From an uncultured Acidobacteriota bacterium (GTDB lineage: Bacteria > Acidobacteriota > Thermoanaerobaculia > UBA5066): DNA of 64,000 nucleotides. Of the stretch, positions 19,556 to 29,618 are shown piece after piece (position 1 is the stretch's first letter; every line of letters starts with the position of its first letter). Where the stretch lies: assembly GCA_963779415.1 (NCBI GenBank), contig CAVZYA010000001.1:768001-832000 (forward strand), given 5' to 3'. The position numbers were made by a program, and so were the translations under genes. A model generated the notes under the pieces. That model was not told the origin of the DNA. It saw only the letters and a program-made list of their open reading frames with translations, and made no database searches.

Positions 19556-21106
19556 GTGAGCAAAGCCGAGATCGACCGGGGGATCATCACGGTGGCCACG
19601 ATGCTTGCTTCCATGATGCAGGCGGTCGACACGTCGGTGGCCAACGTGGCGCTCCCCCACATGCAGGGGACCTTTTCGGCGGGGGTCGACGAGATCACCT
19701 GGGTCATCACCTCCTATCTCGTGGCCAACGCCATCGTGGTCCCCATCACGGGATGGCTGGGCAACTTTTTCGGCCGGCGGCGCATCTACCTGCTGAGCGT
19801 CGTCGTCTTCACGCTGGCTTCCCTGGGCAGCGGGGCGGCCCCCAACCTCGTCTTCATGGTCGCCATGCGCGTCCTGCAGGGGCTCTCCGGCGGCATCATC
19901 GTCCCGATGAGCCAGGCCATCCTGCTGGAGGCCTTCCCGCCGACGGAGCGCGGGCGGGCTCTCTCCTACTTCGGCGTCGGGGTCGTCTTCGGCCCGATCC
20001 TCGGCCCGATCCTCGGCGGCTGGATCACGGACAACTGGGGCTGGCGCTGGATCTTCTACATCAACATCCCGCTCGGGCTCGTCGCGGTGCTTCTCGCCCT
20101 GCTTTTCGTGCGCGACCCGGCCTACATCCGGAAGCCCGAGGGGAGCGTGGACCTCTGGAGCCTCCTCTTCATCGCGCTCGGCCTCGGCGGGCTGGAGGTC
20201 GTGCTGAGCCGGGGGGAGCGGCTCGATTGGCTCAAGAGCCACTTCATCCAGGTCACGGCCCTCGTCGCCCTTCTCGGCATCGCCCTCTTCGTCTGGCGCT
20301 CCTTCACCCACGAACATCCGCTCGTGGACCTCTCCGTCCTGAAGAACAAGGAGTTCGCGGCCGGCGTCTCCTTCTCCTTCTTCCAATACTTCGTCCTCTA
20401 CGCCACCCTGATCCTGCTCCCCCTTTACGCACAGAACGTCCTCGGCTATTCCGCCACCTGGGCCGGTCTCGTCCTCGCCCCGGGCGGAGCGGCTTCGCTC
20501 CTGGCCATCCTCCTGGCGGGCCGGATCGTTCACCGCATCGACGTCCGCTGGATCCTGCTGGCGGGCCTCGCGTTCACGTGGGTCTCCATGAAGATGCTCT
20601 GCGTGATCGACCTGAACACGACCTTCGGCTACCTCGCGACGGGCCGATTCACGCTGGGCCTGGGCGCCGGCTTCCTCTTCATCTCCCTGACCGCCGCCGC
20701 CTACAGCACCATGCCCGCGGAGCGGATGGGCCAGGCCACGGGCCTCTACAACCTCGTGCGCAACGAGGCCGGATCCATCGGCATCGCCGTGGCCTCCACC
20801 CTCCTGGCCAGCCGCGCCCAGGTCCACCAGGCGCGCCTCGTGGAATCGTCCAACCTCTTCAACCCCCTCTTCCGCGACCAGCTTCACCGGATGGAGCGGC
20901 TGCTGCAGGCCGTCTCGGGGCTGGATCTCCATTCCTCGAAGTCCCTCGCCCTCGGCCTTCTCTTCGGCCGGGTCCGCGTCCAGGCGTCCGTGATGGCCTA
21001 CGTCGACGTCTTCGCCATGATGACCTGGGCCCTCCTCCTCTTCCTGCCCCTCATCCCCTTCCTGAGGTCCAGAGGGGCCAGAGGCCTCTCCACCGTCGCC
21101 GAGTGA
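19556..21106 (+). CDS. DHA2 (EmrB/QacA) MFS efflux transporter
   Basis: 'DTSVANVALP', 'WVITSYL', 'GPILGGWITDNWGWRWIFYINIP'. Confidence 0.93.
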   Translation: MSKAEIDRGIITVATMLASMMQAVDTSVANVALPHMQGTFSAGVDEITWVITSYLVANAIVVPITGWLGNFFGRRRIYLLSVVVFTLASLGSGAAPNLVFMVAMRVLQGLSGGIIVPMSQAILLEAFPPTERGRALSYFGVGVVFGPILGPILGGWITDNWGWRWIFYINIPLGLVAVLLALLFVRDPAYIRKPEGSVDLWSLLFIALGLGGLEVVLSRGERLDWLKSHFIQVTALVALLGIALFVWRSFTHEHPLVDLSVLKNKEFAAGVSFSFFQYFVLYATLILLPLYAQNVLGYSATWAGLVLAPGGAASLLAILLAGRIVHRIDVRWILLAGLAFTWVSMKMLCVIDLNTTFGYLATGRFTLGLGAGFLFISLTAAAYSTMPAERMGQATGLYNLVRNEAGSIGIAVASTLLASRAQVHQARLVESSNLFNPLFRDQLHRMERLLQAVSGLDLHSSKSLALGLLFGRVRVQASVMAYVDVFAMMTWALLLFLPLIPFLRSRGARGLSTVAE

Positions 21107-21290
21107 AACCTCTCCGCGCGAATACTCAAATCGCTCCCTGGCATTCATCCGCTGGTGCGCGGTGTCACTCCGGGGCCTGCGAACTTCCCGTTCGGGTACC
21201 ACCAGATCGGAGCCACGTACCCACAATGATCCGACGTTGGTATCGGGTCGTAACGATGGGCAATGGCTCTCCGACGAACGCGACCGGGCT

Positions 21291-23036
21291 TCATCGCAAG
21301 CGCAGAGCAAATATCGCGGCGACGACCATGAGAAGACTGAGCAGACCCAGTGCCCATGGCTGCAATGTGGGAATGCTCGCCGGCGGCGCAACGCCGGCAA
21401 CCGTAACGCTCGCCGAGGCCGGGCTGCCCGTACCGCCTTCAACCGAGGTCACCGTACTGGTCGAATTGTTCTGCGTTCCCGGGGCGCTGCCGGTCACGTT
21501 TACGCTGAAGGTGCACGAGGCGGTCGCCGCAAGTGTTGCGCCCGTCAAGCTGGCGGAACCCGACCCGGCGGTCGCCGTGATCGTGCCGCCGCCGCAGCTC
21601 CCGGTGAGACCGTTCGGGGTCGAGACGACGAGGCCTGCCGGGAGGGAGTCGGTGAAGCCGACGCCGGTCAACGCCGTGGATCCGTTGGGATTGCTGATCG
21701 TGAAGCTGAGCGATGTCGACCCGCCTAGCGGAATGCTCGCCGCGCCAAAGGACTTCGCGATCGTCGGCGGGGCGATCGCAACCACGGAGAGACTCGCCGT
21801 CGCCGTGTTGCCCGTTCCCCCTTCGACCGAGGTCACCGCTCCGGTCGTGTTCGTCTTCGTTCCCGGCGTCGTGCCGGTCACGTTGACGCTGAAGGTGCAC
21901 GAGGCGCTTCCTGTGAGGGTCGCCCCCGTGAGACTGGCGGCGCCCGACCCTGCGGTTGCCGTGATCGTCCCGCCACCGCAGCTACCGGTGAGCCCGTTCG
22001 GCGTCGAGATCACGAGGCCTGCCGGAAACGTGTCGGTGAACCCGACGCCGGTCAGGCCGCTGCCGACATTGGGATTGCTGATCGTGAAAGTGAGCGAGGT
22101 CGACCCGTTCAGGGGGATGCTCGCCGCACCGAACGACTTCCCGATCGTCGGCGGCGCCGTCGGAGCAGCGAAACCGCGCACCTCAAAGACCTGGTTGCTG
22201 CCGCCGAACGTCGAAAAGAAGAAGTCGCCGGTCACCGGGTCGATGGCCGCACCCTCGGCCCCGGTCAAGCCGGAGATGAAGGTCTGCCGCGACGCGGGAA
22301 CGGGATTGCCGTTCGCATCGATGGGGTAGCTCCCGACGCTACCGCTGCCATATTCCGAGACGAGCATGCTCTGGCTGGAGAAGAGCGGGGAGCCGAGCGG
22401 GACGTAGATGAACCCCTCCGGGCCGCACGTCGAACTGCACGTGTTCAACGTCGTCTCCAGCGTGGCGCTGCCGAGATTGAAGCCCCCGCTGCCGTCCGAG
22501 GTCAGCGGGACGGTATAGAACCCGTTGCCGCTGTAGCTGACGACCTTAAACTGGCCGGCCCCGTCGTGGCCGGCGGGAACGAAGTTCGCAGCGCCCACCG
22601 AGGACGCGATTCCGAGCGCCGTGAGCCCGACCGTCTTGTAATCGCTGGCATAGGTCGGCGGCAGTACTTCACCCATGTTGTTTACGGGGTATTCGGTGTA
22701 GAACAAAACGCCCCCCGGGCCGAACGCGATGCCGCCGTCGTTATAGGTGCCGAAACCCAGAGCCGTGGCCGCACCCAGGGAGACGACGTGATTGCCGGCG
22801 CCCCGGGTCACGGTCACCGAGTAAAAGAGCCCTGTGGAACCGTTGGCGGCGCCGCCGATCCAGATCGTGTTCGCATCCTTGAAAATCAGGCCTCCGTAAT
22901 CCGTCGGGAGTCCCGTGATCGAGCCGAGGTTCGTGATGGAGTAGGTTCCTGAATAGAAGGGATCCACCGTTTGAGCATTCGCGGCTTGCGACAGGCAGAC
23001 CAGCAGCAGTGGGTACAGGAGCCTCTGAGATTTCAT
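21291..23036 (-). CDS. Secreted surface protein with two Ser/Thr/Gly-rich Ig-like repeats and an IPTL-CTERM sorting tail
   Basis: Signal peptide MKSQRLL..ANA; C-terminus 'SIPTLQPWALGLLSLLMVVAAIFALRLR'. Confidence 0.8.
   Translation of the reverse strand: MKSQRLLYPLLLVCLSQAANAQTVDPFYSGTYSITNLGSITGLPTDYGGLIFKDANTIWIGGAANGSTGLFYSVTVTRGAGNHVVSLGAATALGFGTYNDGGIAFGPGGVLFYTEYPVNNMGEVLPPTYASDYKTVGLTALGIASSVGAANFVPAGHDGAGQFKVVSYSGNGFYTVPLTSDGSGGFNLGSATLETTLNTCSSTCGPEGFIYVPLGSPLFSSQSMLVSEYGSGSVGSYPIDANGNPVPASRQTFISGLTGAEGAAIDPVTGDFFFSTFGGSNQVFEVRGFAAPTAPPTIGKSFGAASIPLNGSTSLTFTISNPNVGSGLTGVGFTDTFPAGLVISTPNGLTGSCGGGTITATAGSGAASLTGATLTGSASCTFSVNVTGTTPGTKTNTTGAVTSVEGGTGNTATASLSVVAIAPPTIAKSFGAASIPLGGSTSLSFTISNPNGSTALTGVGFTDSLPAGLVVSTPNGLTGSCGGGTITATAGSGSASLTGATLAATASCTFSVNVTGSAPGTQNNSTSTVTSVEGGTGSPASASVTVAGVAPPASIPTLQPWALGLLSLLMVVAAIFALRLR
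21390..22157 (-). repeat. Tandem intragenic duplication, two units of about 384 bp (128 aa)
   Basis: 'APPTI(G/A)KSFGAASIPL..GFTD..PAGLV(I/V)STPNGLTGSCGGGTITATAGSG..SCTFSVNVTG' begins at 22157 and again at 21773. Confidence 0.9.
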
Positions 23037-23175
23037 ACGGTCTCTCTCCCTTCTGGGAATGGAATCTGAAAACGAAGGCCTCCGGGGAGTCAACTTGATC
23101 GCGATTGTACCTGTAAGGGAGCAGGAGCCAGCGGCTCGCGTCTCATGTATCCCATTACATTACAGGGACACGCTT

Positions 23176-25083
23176 CTACGCGAGGAAGGCCGTGACGAGG
23201 CGGTTCGCGACGAAAGCCCCGGTGTAGGCGAGGAGGGTCATCCAGGCGAACTGGATCGCCGGCCAGCGCCATCCTCCCGTCTCCCGCTTCACGACGGCGA
23301 TCGTGGAGATGCACTGCATCGCGAAGGCGAAGAAGACGAGGAGGGCCACCGCGCCCCCGGGGGTCAGGTCGTGCCTCAGAGCCGACTGCAGCCCCGCCGA
23401 GTGGGACTCCCCTGCCAGACCGTAGAGGGTGCCGAGAGTCCCGACGATGACCTCGCGCGCCGCGAGGGACGTCACGAGGCCGATGGCGATCTTCCAGTCG
23501 AACCCGAGAGGCCTGACGAGCGGCTCGAGGGCGCGCCCGAAGGTCCCCGTCACGCTGTCGGCGATCGCCGGGGGCTTCCCCCCCGAAAACGGGAGGTTCG
23601 AGAGGATCCAGAGCCCGACCGAGACCGCGAGGATCACGGTCCCCGCCCGCCAGAGGAAGATCTTCGCCCGGTCGTAGAGCCGGAGGCCGATCTGCCGGAG
23701 CGTCGGCCAGCGGTACGGCGGCATCTCCATCAGGAACGGAGTCCCCTCGCTCCGGAGGATCGAGGACTTCAGAAGCCGGGCCGTCACGAATGCCGCGGCG
23801 AACCCGAGGAGGTAGAGGCCGAGAAGCGCCGCGGCCCGCGTCCCCAGGAAGAAGCCGAGGAGCGGCCTCTCGGGGATGAAGGCCGCGATGATGAGCGTGT
23901 AGACGGGAAGCCGCGCCGAGCAGGTCATGAAGGGGGCGATGAGGATCGTCGCGATCCGGTCGCGCCGGTTTTCGATCGTCCGTGTCGCGAGGACCGCCGG
24001 AACGGCGCAGGCATAGGCCGAAAGGAGCGGCAGGAACGACTTTCCCTGGAGCCCCGCCCTCGACATCGTCCGGTCCGCGATGAGCGCGGCGCGGGCGAGG
24101 TAGCCCGAGTCCTCGAGCAGGCCGATGAAGAGGAAGAGAAGGAGAATCTGCGGCAGGAAGACGACGACCGAACCGACGCCTCCCAGGACTCCGCCCACGA
24201 CCAGCTCCCTGAGGAGCGAAGGCGGGAGGGCGGAGCCGATCCACGAGCCGCACGCGGAGACTCCCCGGTCGATCAGGTCCATCATCGGCCGGGCCACCGT
24301 GAAGATCGTCTGGAAGACCGCGATGACGACGAGGGCGAAGATCGAAGGTCCCGCGACCGGATGGAGGAAGACGTCATCCAGACGGCGCGTCCAGACCGGA
24401 GGCGCGGGGGGCGAGTAGCCCGCCTTGTCGCCGAGACGCCCGGCCCACTGCCGGCATTTCGGGACGTCCTGAAGGGACGGCAGGTCCAGGGACGCCGGGA
24501 TGCCCAGCTCCCCGCCGAGGAACTCGAGGACCGGCTCCAGCCCCTCGCCGCGCGACGCGGAGACGAGCGCGACCGGCGCCCCGAGCTGCGAGGCGAGAGC
24601 CTCCGGGTCGAGGTCGCCGCCGCGCGCGTGGAGCTCGTCGGCCATGTTGAGAACGACGATCGTCGGGAGGCCCAGCGCGAGAACCGAAGCCGCGAGGACG
24701 AGGTGCCGCTTCAGGTTCGTCGCGTCGAGGATCAGAAGGACCGCGTCGGGCCGGGGCGTCCCTTCCATCGTCCCCGCGAGGACGTCGTACGTCACCCGCT
24801 CGTCCTCGGAGCGCGCCACGAGGCTGTAGACACCCGGAAGGTCGATCAGGACGATGTCCCGGCCGGAGGCGATCCGCGCGAGGCCCCGGCGTTCCTCCAC
24901 GGTCACGCCGGGGAAGTTCGCCACCTTCTGGCGAAGCCCCGTGAGCCGGTTGAAGAGGGTCGATTTTCCGGAGTTCGGCGGGCCGACCAGCGCGACGAAG
25001 CGGTGCGGATCGTGCGCGGCCGGCGGGGCCGGCGGCACGCCGAGCCCTCCAGCCGGCGTCTCCCGAACCTGAAGCTCGCTCAC
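23176..25083 (-). CDS. feoB: Ferrous iron transporter FeoB
   Basis: G1 'GPPNSGKST', 'NFPGVTVE', 'DLPGVYSL', 'NMAD', 'PFMTCSARLPVY'. Confidence 0.95.
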   Translation of the reverse strand: MSELQVRETPAGGLGVPPAPPAAHDPHRFVALVGPPNSGKSTLFNRLTGLRQKVANFPGVTVEERRGLARIASGRDIVLIDLPGVYSLVARSEDERVTYDVLAGTMEGTPRPDAVLLILDATNLKRHLVLAASVLALGLPTIVVLNMADELHARGGDLDPEALASQLGAPVALVSASRGEGLEPVLEFLGGELGIPASLDLPSLQDVPKCRQWAGRLGDKAGYSPPAPPVWTRRLDDVFLHPVAGPSIFALVVIAVFQTIFTVARPMMDLIDRGVSACGSWIGSALPPSLLRELVVGGVLGGVGSVVVFLPQILLLFLFIGLLEDSGYLARAALIADRTMSRAGLQGKSFLPLLSAYACAVPAVLATRTIENRRDRIATILIAPFMTCSARLPVYTLIIAAFIPERPLLGFFLGTRAAALLGLYLLGFAAAFVTARLLKSSILRSEGTPFLMEMPPYRWPTLRQIGLRLYDRAKIFLWRAGTVILAVSVGLWILSNLPFSGGKPPAIADSVTGTFGRALEPLVRPLGFDWKIAIGLVTSLAAREVIVGTLGTLYGLAGESHSAGLQSALRHDLTPGGAVALLVFFAFAMQCISTIAVVKRETGGWRWPAIQFAWMTLLAYTGAFVANRLVTAFLA

Positions 25084-25343
25084 GCCGCTGCCGCCGCGCG
25101 AAGGCGGACCCGGGCCGCCGTCGACTTGCGGAGCGCGAACTCGGAGCCGTCCACGCGGAAGACGCGAGGGTCGCCTCCGGGCGCCGAGGGCCCCGCGACG
25201 ACGCGGGCCCCCGGGACGAAGCCGAGCTCCATCAGCCGGCGTGCGTCCGGCTCCGCGAGGTCGAAGGCCTCGACCATCCCCTCTTCCCCGCGCCGGAGGT
25301 CCGCGAGGGTCTGCGGGGCGATCTTCTTGAGACGGCGTCTCAT
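25080..25343 (-). CDS. feoA: FeoA family protein
   Basis: 'RRLMELGFVPGARV..APGGDP..FALRK'; stop overlaps the feoB start. Confidence 0.9.
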   Translation of the reverse strand: MRRRLKKIAPQTLADLRRGEEGMVEAFDLAEPDARRLMELGFVPGARVVAGPSAPGGDPRVFRVDGSEFALRKSTAARVRLRAAAAA

Positions 25344-25453
25344 CAGACCCCATTATGGGACAAACCCGGCCTCTTGGCGACTGATGCAGATGTTCCACCT
25401 CGAAGACGACCTCTTCCGGCGCCCAGCGAGGCCCGGGGGGTAGAGTTCCCCCG

Positions 25454-26569
25454 ATGGAAGCGCTCCGGCGCCTCGCCCTCGCGGCCGCCCTCCTTCTCCC
25501 GGCGCCCCTCCCGGCCGCGGACGGTCCCGACGTCGTCCTCTACCTCGTCGGGGACGCGGGAAGGAAGGTGGCCGAGTCGTCCCTCGTCTTCCGGCCGCTC
25601 GCGGCCGAGGCGGCCCGCGACGCTCCCCGGAGCGTGGTGGTGATCCTCGGCGACAACGTCTACCCGGCCGGCCTCCCGGCTCCCGGAAGCCCGGACCGCT
25701 CGGAGATGGAGTCGCGCCTCGAATCGCAGCTCGTCGCCGCCCGCGCCGCCGGCCGCGGCCTCGTCGTCCCTGGAAACCACGACTGGGCACACTGGACGGC
25801 GGACGGCTGGAACGGGATCCGGAGGGAGGAGGCGTTCGTCCGCGAGCACGGCGGTGCCACCGTCACCTTCGCTCCGCCGGGGGGATGCCCCGGGCCCGTC
25901 GTCCTCGACGTCGGCAGCAAGGTGCGGCTGATCGTTCTCGACACCCAGTGGTGGCTCCACGAGTACGAGAAGCCGGAGGGCCCCTCGTCCCCGTGTGCCG
26001 AGAAGAGCGAAGAGGATGTCGTCACGGCGCTCCGGGAGGCGCTCTGGACCGCGGGATCGAGGCGGACGGTCGTCCTCGCGCACCATCCGCTCGAGGGGGG
26101 CGGCCTCTCCGGCTCGCACTTCACCTGGCAGGACCACATCTTCCCGCTCACCCCCTTCGTCCCCTGGCTCTGGCTCCCGCTGCCGGTTTTCGGCTCCCTG
26201 ACGGTCGCCGGGCGGATCGCGTTCGCCAACCAGCAGTTCGAAATGGCCCCGAAGTACCGGAACCTGGAGGAAAAGATGACCCGGGCCTTCGACCCGGTTC
26301 CCCCCTTCATCTGGGCGGCGGGGCACGACCACAGCCTGCAGGTCATCCGCCTTCCGGAGAAGAGCCGGATCTGGAACCTCGTCAGCGGGGCGGGCGGAGG
26401 CACGAAGAGCGTGACCCCGGTCCGGAAGATCGACGGGACGATCTTCTGCCGCAGCGTGCCGGGCTACATGAAGATCGTCTTCGAGAAGAGCGGCCGCGTG
26501 CGCCTCGCCGTCGTCGCAATCCCGGCCCCCGGGAAGAGCGAGACGATCTTCGCCGCTCCCCTCGACTGA
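25454..26569 (+). CDS. Secreted calcineurin-like metallophosphoesterase
   Basis: GDAG, LGDNVY, GNHDW, HHP and GHDH motifs; signal peptide. Confidence 0.88.
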   Translation: MEALRRLALAAALLLPAPLPAADGPDVVLYLVGDAGRKVAESSLVFRPLAAEAARDAPRSVVVILGDNVYPAGLPAPGSPDRSEMESRLESQLVAARAAGRGLVVPGNHDWAHWTADGWNGIRREEAFVREHGGATVTFAPPGGCPGPVVLDVGSKVRLIVLDTQWWLHEYEKPEGPSSPCAEKSEEDVVTALREALWTAGSRRTVVLAHHPLEGGGLSGSHFTWQDHIFPLTPFVPWLWLPLPVFGSLTVAGRIAFANQQFEMAPKYRNLEEKMTRAFDPVPPFIWAAGHDHSLQVIRLPEKSRIWNLVSGAGGGTKSVTPVRKIDGTIFCRSVPGYMKIVFEKSGRVRLAVVAIPAPGKSETIFAAPLD

Positions 26570-26614
26570 GCCGCCGGAACGGCCCCCCGTGACAAGCTCC
26601 GCGCGGGAGGAGCC

Positions 26615-27184
26615 ATGCGCCATCTCGTGAAGTACTTCGTCCGCGGGCTGATCGTCTTCGTCCCCGCCGCCGTCTCCCTCCTCGTCCTCTGGAGCGTCTT
26701 CGTGAAGCTGGACGGGATTCTCGGGATCCCCTTCCCCGGCGCGGGCCTTCTCGCGACGATCGCTCTCGTGACGCTCGTCGGCTTCCTCGCCTCGAACTTC
26801 GTCACCCGGCGCGCCTTCGAGGTCCTGGACCGCGTCTTCCAGCGCGTCCCCCTCGTGAAGCTCGTCTACGGCGCCGTCCGCGACGTCGTGAACGCCTTCG
26901 TCGGCGAGAAGCGGGGGTTCGACCGGCCGGTCTCCTTCTCGCTCGGAGGCGCCGACGCGCCGAAGCTCCTCGGCTTCGCGACGCGGGAGTCCCTCGAAGC
27001 CGTCGGCCTCGAGGGGCACGTGGCCGTCTACGTCCCGCAGTCCTATGCATTCGCCGGGCACGTCTTCCTCGTTCCGCGCGCGCAGGTCTCGCCGCTTGCC
27101 GTCGCCAGCGCCGACGCGATGGCCTTCATCGTCTCGGGCGGAGTCTCCGGGCTCGGGGTGGTGCCCTCCCCGACGCGCGGCTAG
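26615..27184 (+). CDS. DUF502 family membrane protein
   Basis: 'RVPLVKLVY', 'VYVPQS', 'AMAFIVSGG'. Confidence 0.85.
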   Translation: MRHLVKYFVRGLIVFVPAAVSLLVLWSVFVKLDGILGIPFPGAGLLATIALVTLVGFLASNFVTRRAFEVLDRVFQRVPLVKLVYGAVRDVVNAFVGEKRGFDRPVSFSLGGADAPKLLGFATRESLEAVGLEGHVAVYVPQSYAFAGHVFLVPRAQVSPLAVASADAMAFIVSGGVSGLGVVPSPTRG

Positions 27185-27217
27185 ACTCCCCCCCTGGAAA
27201 GCGAAGGACACGACGCG

Positions 27218-28306
27218 ATGGGGACGATGATCGTCACGGGAGGGGCCGGCTTCATCGGCTCGAACTTCGTCCGGATGGCGCTTGCACGGACCGGCGACAG
27301 GGTCGTCGTCTTCGACAAGCTGACGTACGCCGGAAACCTCGAGAGCCTCGCGGAGGTCGCCTCCCACCCCCGTTATGCCTTCGTCCGGGGCGACATCGCC
27401 CACCGCGATTCCGTCCGGACCCTCTTCCGCGAAACGGCCCCGACCTCCGTCGTCAACTTCGCCGCGGAGAGCCACGTCGACCGATCCATCGACGACCCCG
27501 GCGCCTTCGTCCGGACGAACATCGGCGGGACGTACGAGCTCCTGGAAGCGGCGCGCGGGTTTCTCGCTTCCGCTCCGGACGAAGAGCGCCGGAGCTTCCG
27601 GTTCCTCCACGTCTCCACCGACGAGGTCTACGGCTCTCTCGGCCCGACGGGCGCCTTCACGGAGGAGACGCCGTACGCCCCGAACTCCCCGTATGCCGCC
27701 TCGAAGGCGGCCGCCGACCACCTCGTCCGGGCCTGGCGCGAGACGTACGGCCTTCCGACGCTGATCACGAACTGCTCGAACAACTACGGGCCGTTCCAGT
27801 TTCCCGAGAAGCTGATCCCCCTGATGCTCCTCAACGCTGTCGAGGCAAAGCCGCTTCCGATCTACGGCGACGGCGGAAACGTACGCGACTGGCTCTATGT
27901 CGAGGACCACTGCGAAGGGATCCTCTCGGTCCTGTCGCGAGGCGAGCCGGGAGGCCGGTACAACATCGGCGGGCACGGCGAGCGGACGAACCTCGAGCTC
28001 GTCGACCTCCTCTGCGCCCTTCTCGAACAGCAGCGGCCGGCGCGCGACAACCCCGCCCTCCGCGCGAAGGGCCTGACCTCCTACAAAGAACTCAAGAGCT
28101 TCGTGAAGGACCGCCCAGGGCACGACCGCCGCTACGCGATCGACTCCTCGAAGATCCGGCGCGAACTGGGCTGGGCGCCCGGGCACGACCTCGCCTCCGG
28201 CCTCGCCGCCACGGTCGGCTGGTACCTCGCGAATGCCGCCTGGTGCGACTCCGTGCAGTCCGGCCGCTACAAGCGCGAGCGGCTGGGGCTGGCGACGGCG
28301 GGCTGA
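27218..28306 (+). CDS. rfbB: dTDP-glucose 4,6-dehydratase
   Basis: 'TGGAGFIGSN', 'DKLTYAGN', 'AAESHVDRSI', 'STDEVYG', 'DRPGHDRRYA'. Confidence 0.96.
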   Translation: MGTMIVTGGAGFIGSNFVRMALARTGDRVVVFDKLTYAGNLESLAEVASHPRYAFVRGDIAHRDSVRTLFRETAPTSVVNFAAESHVDRSIDDPGAFVRTNIGGTYELLEAARGFLASAPDEERRSFRFLHVSTDEVYGSLGPTGAFTEETPYAPNSPYAASKAAADHLVRAWRETYGLPTLITNCSNNYGPFQFPEKLIPLMLLNAVEAKPLPIYGDGGNVRDWLYVEDHCEGILSVLSRGEPGGRYNIGGHGERTNLELVDLLCALLEQQRPARDNPALRAKGLTSYKELKSFVKDRPGHDRRYAIDSSKIRRELGWAPGHDLASGLAATVGWYLANAAWCDSVQSGRYKRERLGLATAG

Positions 28307-29618
28307 TGCACGGGAACGCCCGCAAGGAGATTCTGGCCGCCGTTCTGCTTCTCCTGGCCGGGTTCCTCATCCGGCTGGCTCTCTCGAGCCGGACGGCGCC
28401 CACCGGGGACAGCCTCCGGTTCCTCTCCCAGGCCGAGGACCTCGCGGCCGGCTCCACGTTCCTGGTTCCGGGGGACCTCTTCTCGGCCGTCCCTCCCGGC
28501 TACCCGCTCTTCCTCCGGGCGGCGGGCTGGATGAGGCCCGGAGTGGAGTTCCTTCTCCGCGTTCAGCTCCTCCTCTCGGTCCTGACGCTTCTCCTCGTCT
28601 GGCTCGCCGCCCGGCGCCTGTCCCGTACGGGAGCCCTCGTGGCGCTGGCCCTTCTCGCCTTCAACCCCTGGCTCGCGCGTCAGCAGGCCCTCGTCATGTC
28701 GGAGACGCTCGGAGCCTTTCTGGTAGCGGTGACGGTCCTGCTCTGGCCCGCGCCCGGGCGCTCGCTCTCGTCCCTCTCGGCTTTCGCCCTCGGCGCGCTG
28801 GCCGTGGGATCATCTCTCGTGGCACCGGCAGCCGCCTTCGTGGCCGTTCCCGTTCTGGGGGTCCTCGCCTGGCAGAGCCGCCGCGACGCCGCCGTGGTGG
28901 GCCTGATCGCTGCCGGAATGATCCTGGTCCTCGCTCCCTGGCAGATCTACCTCTTGAGAAGGACCGGCCGCGTGGAGCCCTTCCTCCTCCACCCCATACT
29001 CTCCCGAAAAACGGGGCTCCAGCTCTGGCTCCGGACCTGGTCCACCACGCCCGATGACAAAGGGGTCTGGTGGAGCGAGGAGACGCGCCGCGACCTTCCC
29101 GAGCGGCTCCTCGGAGAAGGTCCGGACCGGAATCTCATCCAAAAGGCGCTGGAGGAGGCCCCGTACGCCTACGCCGGATACGTCATCGGCAGCGGCTACG
29201 ACGAGACCTTCCGCGAGGCAGCGAGAGAGAGAAAGCCGAGCATCCGGTCCTCTACTGGATCGGTCTCCCGCTCGCAAGGTCCGTCACGCTCTGGCTGGAC
29301 TATCGATCGATGATCGGGATACCGGAGTACCTCCGACGAGCCGGGGGCTTCTTCCATCTCTCGTACTGGGGGACCCACATCGCCTTCTGGAGCGTGAATC
29401 TCCTGACGCTCGGGCTCCTCGGCTGGGGGACCTTACGGGCCGTCCGGTCGAAGGACGCTCTCCTCCTCGCCGTCTTCGCCGGGGCCGTTCTCTATTCCCT
29501 CGCGAGCGCGGCCACGGCCATGGGCGAGTTCCGGAGGAACCTGACGATCGAGCCCGCCCTCGCCCTTCTGGTCTGCGCCCCACCGGTGAGCGGGCGCCCG
29601 CAGGAGCCGGCCTCGTGA
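28306..29618 (+). CDS. GT-C-like polytopic membrane protein (frameshift at a (GA)5 tract near 29232)
   Basis: 'GDS..', 'PPGYPLFL', 'MSETL' ArnT/PMT-like motifs. The hydrophobic C-terminus continues in ORF 29070..29618. Confidence 0.6.
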
